Source: Candidatus Altimarinota bacterium (GTDB lineage Bacteria > Patescibacteriota > Gracilibacteria > UBA4473). From it: a stretch of 64,000 nucleotides of DNA. The stretch is from NCBI GenBank assembly GCA_965231215.1, contig OZ246423.1, positions 256,001 to 320,000 on the forward strand. Reading direction: 5' to 3'. Within the stretch, counting starts at the first letter, position 1. Each line of letters starts with the position of its first letter. The position numbers and the translations under genes are program-made. Below, piece by piece: positions 61,098-64,000 of the stretch. Below the pieces are notes generated by a model, which was not told the origin of the DNA, did not search any database, and worked only from the letters and a program-made list of their open reading frames with translations.

Positions 61098-62492
61098 TCA
61101 AGACGTGCGTGCCATTACGGCTTGTGGTAGTTTATCTGCAATACATTTCATAGCCTCCTCAATTTCATCATTTGAAAATTCTGGATAACTTTGTACTAAG
61201 CTTAGAATCCGAACAATCTCATCTTCCATAGTAAAGACACCATCTTGCAGACGAGTAAAGCTTGTGCCAGATTCATCATTTAGAGCTTCCGAAGCTACTG
61301 AACCGGCATCTCTTAGGGCCTGAGCGAAGGCTCTCATTTTTACGTCTTCAAACATATTCCCAGATGGACCAGCTCCAAGCGCCGTCATTTGATTTTCTGC
61401 TAATTTTTGAGCGTAAACTGCTAAATCTACCCCATGTTTACTTTCTAAGTTGGTGAGATATTCTTCAATAAACGCTTCTGCTCTCTCTTCGACACTTTTT
61501 TCACTTTCTGCTTCGTCAACAGATGCAGCCGGTGCCGGCTTTTCGTGACGATTCAGGCTAATGCTTCCATCCTTACCTATAATGGCTGCCTTTCGCATAG
61601 CCGTAGTAATGGCCGTTGCTATTTCTTGTACGGTCCCTACTAAGGCTTGATTGGCCGCTCCACGAAGAACAAACACTTCTTCCCCCTCACCACGGGCAAG
61701 ATAAAAAGTTTCAGCACCGACAGTAACCGTAGAAAAAGTCTTAGGCCCTAGGTGTAATGATTTGTTAAAATCAGTATCTCCAGCATCAAAAGCTACCGCC
61801 AAAGCAGCACTACTTTTTCCCACTCCATATGTACCACGCTTTTTTAGGGTTACTTGAGCTGACGGTTTGGTTTTGTTAGTAATTACATTATCAATAGCTA
61901 GACGAACTCCAGGAGCGGTTAAGGCTACAGGCCTGCTTAGTTGCAATTCGTTGTCACCGCTGGCTTCTAATAGTCCAGAAGCTTCTTGCAATTTTATGGC
62001 TGGCACTGGTTTATCAGTTTCAATAATGGCATAAGTTGAACCTTCTCCTATAAGATACCAGTTAGGAGCGCTCACCCCCGAAGCTTCATGCGCATAAGGG
62101 TGAACCATTTGCGGTTGATCAGCTGTCTGAAGCATGACTTGAGCCCGATCGTAAGCATCTGCCACCATAGCGCCATTGGCGTATAAATCAGAGGTTTGAA
62201 TGCCGTCTTTACTAGAATCCATAACATGCCCGCCATCACGAACTACAAAAGCACGATAGGCCTTTAAGAATTTACCACCATCAGTTAACAATGGAAGCAA
62301 AGCTGTAGCACTACCGCCATACAGAGGCACAACTCTCTTAACTGAAATATTTTCAGCACCATCTTCACCATTAAACAACTGCTCAATGGACGTTGCTAGA
62401 GTTTGATCTTCTAGAAGCCCCAAATCGACTTCAGCAGCAACTTCCGCGGAATTTTCTTCAGGCACTTTAGTTGAGTTTTCATCTTCTGACAT
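61098..62492 (-). CDS. Hypothetical protein (464 aa)
   Basis: Long ORF with ATG start and a terminator; no recognised motif. Confidence 0.7.
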   Translation of the reverse strand: MSEDENSTKVPEENSAEVAAEVDLGLLEDQTLATSIEQLFNGEDGAENISVKRVVPLYGGSATALLPLLTDGGKFLKAYRAFVVRDGGHVMDSSKDGIQTSDLYANGAMVADAYDRAQVMLQTADQPQMVHPYAHEASGVSAPNWYLIGEGSTYAIIETDKPVPAIKLQEASGLLEASGDNELQLSRPVALTAPGVRLAIDNVITNKTKPSAQVTLKKRGTYGVGKSSAALAVAFDAGDTDFNKSLHLGPKTFSTVTVGAETFYLARGEGEEVFVLRGAANQALVGTVQEIATAITTAMRKAAIIGKDGSISLNRHEKPAPAASVDEAESEKSVEERAEAFIEEYLTNLESKHGVDLAVYAQKLAENQMTALGAGPSGNMFEDVKMRAFAQALRDAGSVASEALNDESGTSFTRLQDGVFTMEDEIVRILSLVQSYPEFSNDEIEEAMKCIADKLPQAVMARTS

Positions 62493-62639
62493 ATTAGTGA
62501 GTGGGTTAATAAATCATCTACAAGTTATACAAAAAAACATTACTGATTCAAAAAAAATATTAAATATAACAAAAAAACAATTGCGATTATTTGTTTTTGT
62601 TTTAAAAGTGTAAATGATTATAGAGTAACCTAATAAATA

Positions 62640-64000
62640 GTGTCGCCACGAGAACGTCCCATAAAAATCGATGAACTTAACCCACGTTCTTTTGAAGAGA
62701 GCAGAACTGAGTTAGCTTCAGTAGGAGCTGCCCTTAGATCAATTGAAGATGGGTTGCCTAAAAGTGGTTCTCGGCAAGATGTGTACAACTTGACACGCAG
62801 AGGGGTAGCTGCTGCCATTTGTGATCCCTTGTTTCTAAGTTACTTGCGCTGTTCTCCGATGCGAGAAATAGATTTAAATATGGCGACAAAGGGTTTAGTT
62901 AATGATGCCAAAGTTGGCAAAATGTCTAAAAGACATAAACATCATGCCCCAGATAAACAGGCGGTAGCTCGTATGGCTCAGTTCTGGGAAGATGTAGCCG
63001 CTATGCCACAGCAAACGATTGAAGAACTTACCCAATCAAATTCTGATAGAGTTGCCGTAGCCATAGGTATTGAAAAAGGTATTGGAGTAAAAACGAGCCG
63101 TTATTTTGGCCGTTTGCCTGATGAAATCAGTACCTTTACCCGTTTGGCAAATGCAGGCCATCAACAAGAAACTATCTTAGACGTTGAACAGTGGGTTGAT
63201 CAGTTTGATCTTTCTCGTTTTAAATTTAAAAATGGGGCTATTAATCGAGCTGAGATGAGCTCTCGCTTGAGAACTTTAGAATTGCATGAAATCGATTGTT
63301 TAAAAGCGGTACACGACCTAACGGTCCAGTTGGGACCTCAATATCACATAGATAGCCGCCGAATCATCGCGATTGCGAAGCTGAACGACCGCGCTTTTAT
63401 AGACGCGTTGAGCGCCTTTTTACAACGGGGATTTAAAATTACTTTTCCGGAAGTAAAATTATCTGATAAACGCACTGCTAATTTAGGTCGAGGCGTTAGT
63501 ACAAATGATTTAGAAGCCTTTGCTCGAGTGTTCAGTGATGGCCTACCTTACCCAGTTAGGCTACAGTGTGTACGTGGTTTTTCAGTGATCCCAACACAGG
63601 ATCGAGAAGCTGAGTTAGGGACACTTAGAAAGGTGGCGGCTCGTTATTGTGACGATAATTGGCTTATTCCTGAAAACAGGGCTAAACACGAAGCCGATAG
63701 TTCACTACTGGCTTATATGCAGACCGTTTACCAGGAGGTTATTGATTTATCCGTAGAGAAAGGAGCTGCCGTACCCACTAAAAGGCAAGCCGCTCGTATC
63801 GGTGAAATCCCCCCAACCAATTTAGAGCGAGTAAAAGCTCGAATTAGTACTGGTGAATCACTGGAGATAGTGCTGCTTGATCCAGTCACTCATACGTTGA
63901 TGACAGAAGAAGAATATGATCGCTTTTTTGCTCAAGCCCCTCTTACACAAGCCAGGTTTAGCTCGGGTAAGGATATTCAGGAAAAAGCCAAAAAATTAGG
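62640..64000 (+). CDS. Hypothetical protein, 3'-truncated by the window edge (>450 aa)
   Basis: Hand-read frame from GTG 62640 (MSPRERPIKIDELNPRSFEES...) is open to base 64000; absent from the ORF track because it has no stop. Confidence 0.75.
   Translation, partial: MSPRERPIKIDELNPRSFEESRTELASVGAALRSIEDGLPKSGSRQDVYNLTRRGVAAAICDPLFLSYLRCSPMREIDLNMATKGLVNDAKVGKMSKRHKHHAPDKQAVARMAQFWEDVAAMPQQTIEELTQSNSDRVAVAIGIEKGIGVKTSRYFGRLPDEISTFTRLANAGHQQETILDVEQWVDQFDLSRFKFKNGAINRAEMSSRLRTLELHEIDCLKAVHDLTVQLGPQYHIDSRRIIAIAKLNDRAFIDALSAFLQRGFKITFPEVKLSDKRTANLGRGVSTNDLEAFARVFSDGLPYPVRLQCVRGFSVIPTQDREAELGTLRKVAARYCDDNWLIPENRAKHEADSSLLAYMQTVYQEVIDLSVEKGAAVPTKRQAARIGEIPPTNLERVKARISTGESLEIVLLDPVTHTLMTEEEYDRFFAQAPLTQARFSSGKDIQEKAKKL

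Overview
64-kb chromosomal window from a low-GC anaerobic bacterium, most likely Patescibacteria/CPR (inferred from the archaeal-type tpiA, the SLH-anchored giant surface protein, type IV pilin, A/T-rich start contexts and many orphan ORFs). It uses the standard genetic code, with TGA as stop. Core genes: pflBA, a solitary rpoB, mraY, obgE, infC-rpmI-rplT, tpiA, a COG0523 GTPase with zur, an ABC-F protein, an Upf1-like helicase, a split class III RNR (nrdD + 55-aa glycyl-radical peptide + redoxin + nrdG), tRNA-Gly(GCC) and tRNA-Ser(GGA). Main observations: (1) 50.3-60.9 kb is an integron-like tandem array of unrelated cargo genes separated by five co-oriented copies of a ~36-bp core with a shared left arm. 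One copy of the longer element is split by an inserted gene, one cargo gene is cut at a core, and no recombinase is in the window. (2) A block bounded by a duplicated tRNA-Ser 3' end carries a CIRCE-preceded cluster with a signal-peptide-bearing small heat-shock protein and a GldA/F/G-like exporter. (3) A DtxR-fold regulator appears to have lost its metal ligands, and one TT[A/C]GG-N4-CC[T/G]AA box precedes both glycyl-radical operons and an orphan Cys/His-rich gene that also has a Zur-like box. (4) A 2715-aa surface protein has about six near-identical 609-bp repeats with an alternating SNP. All calls come from reading the sequence and motifs; no searches were run.
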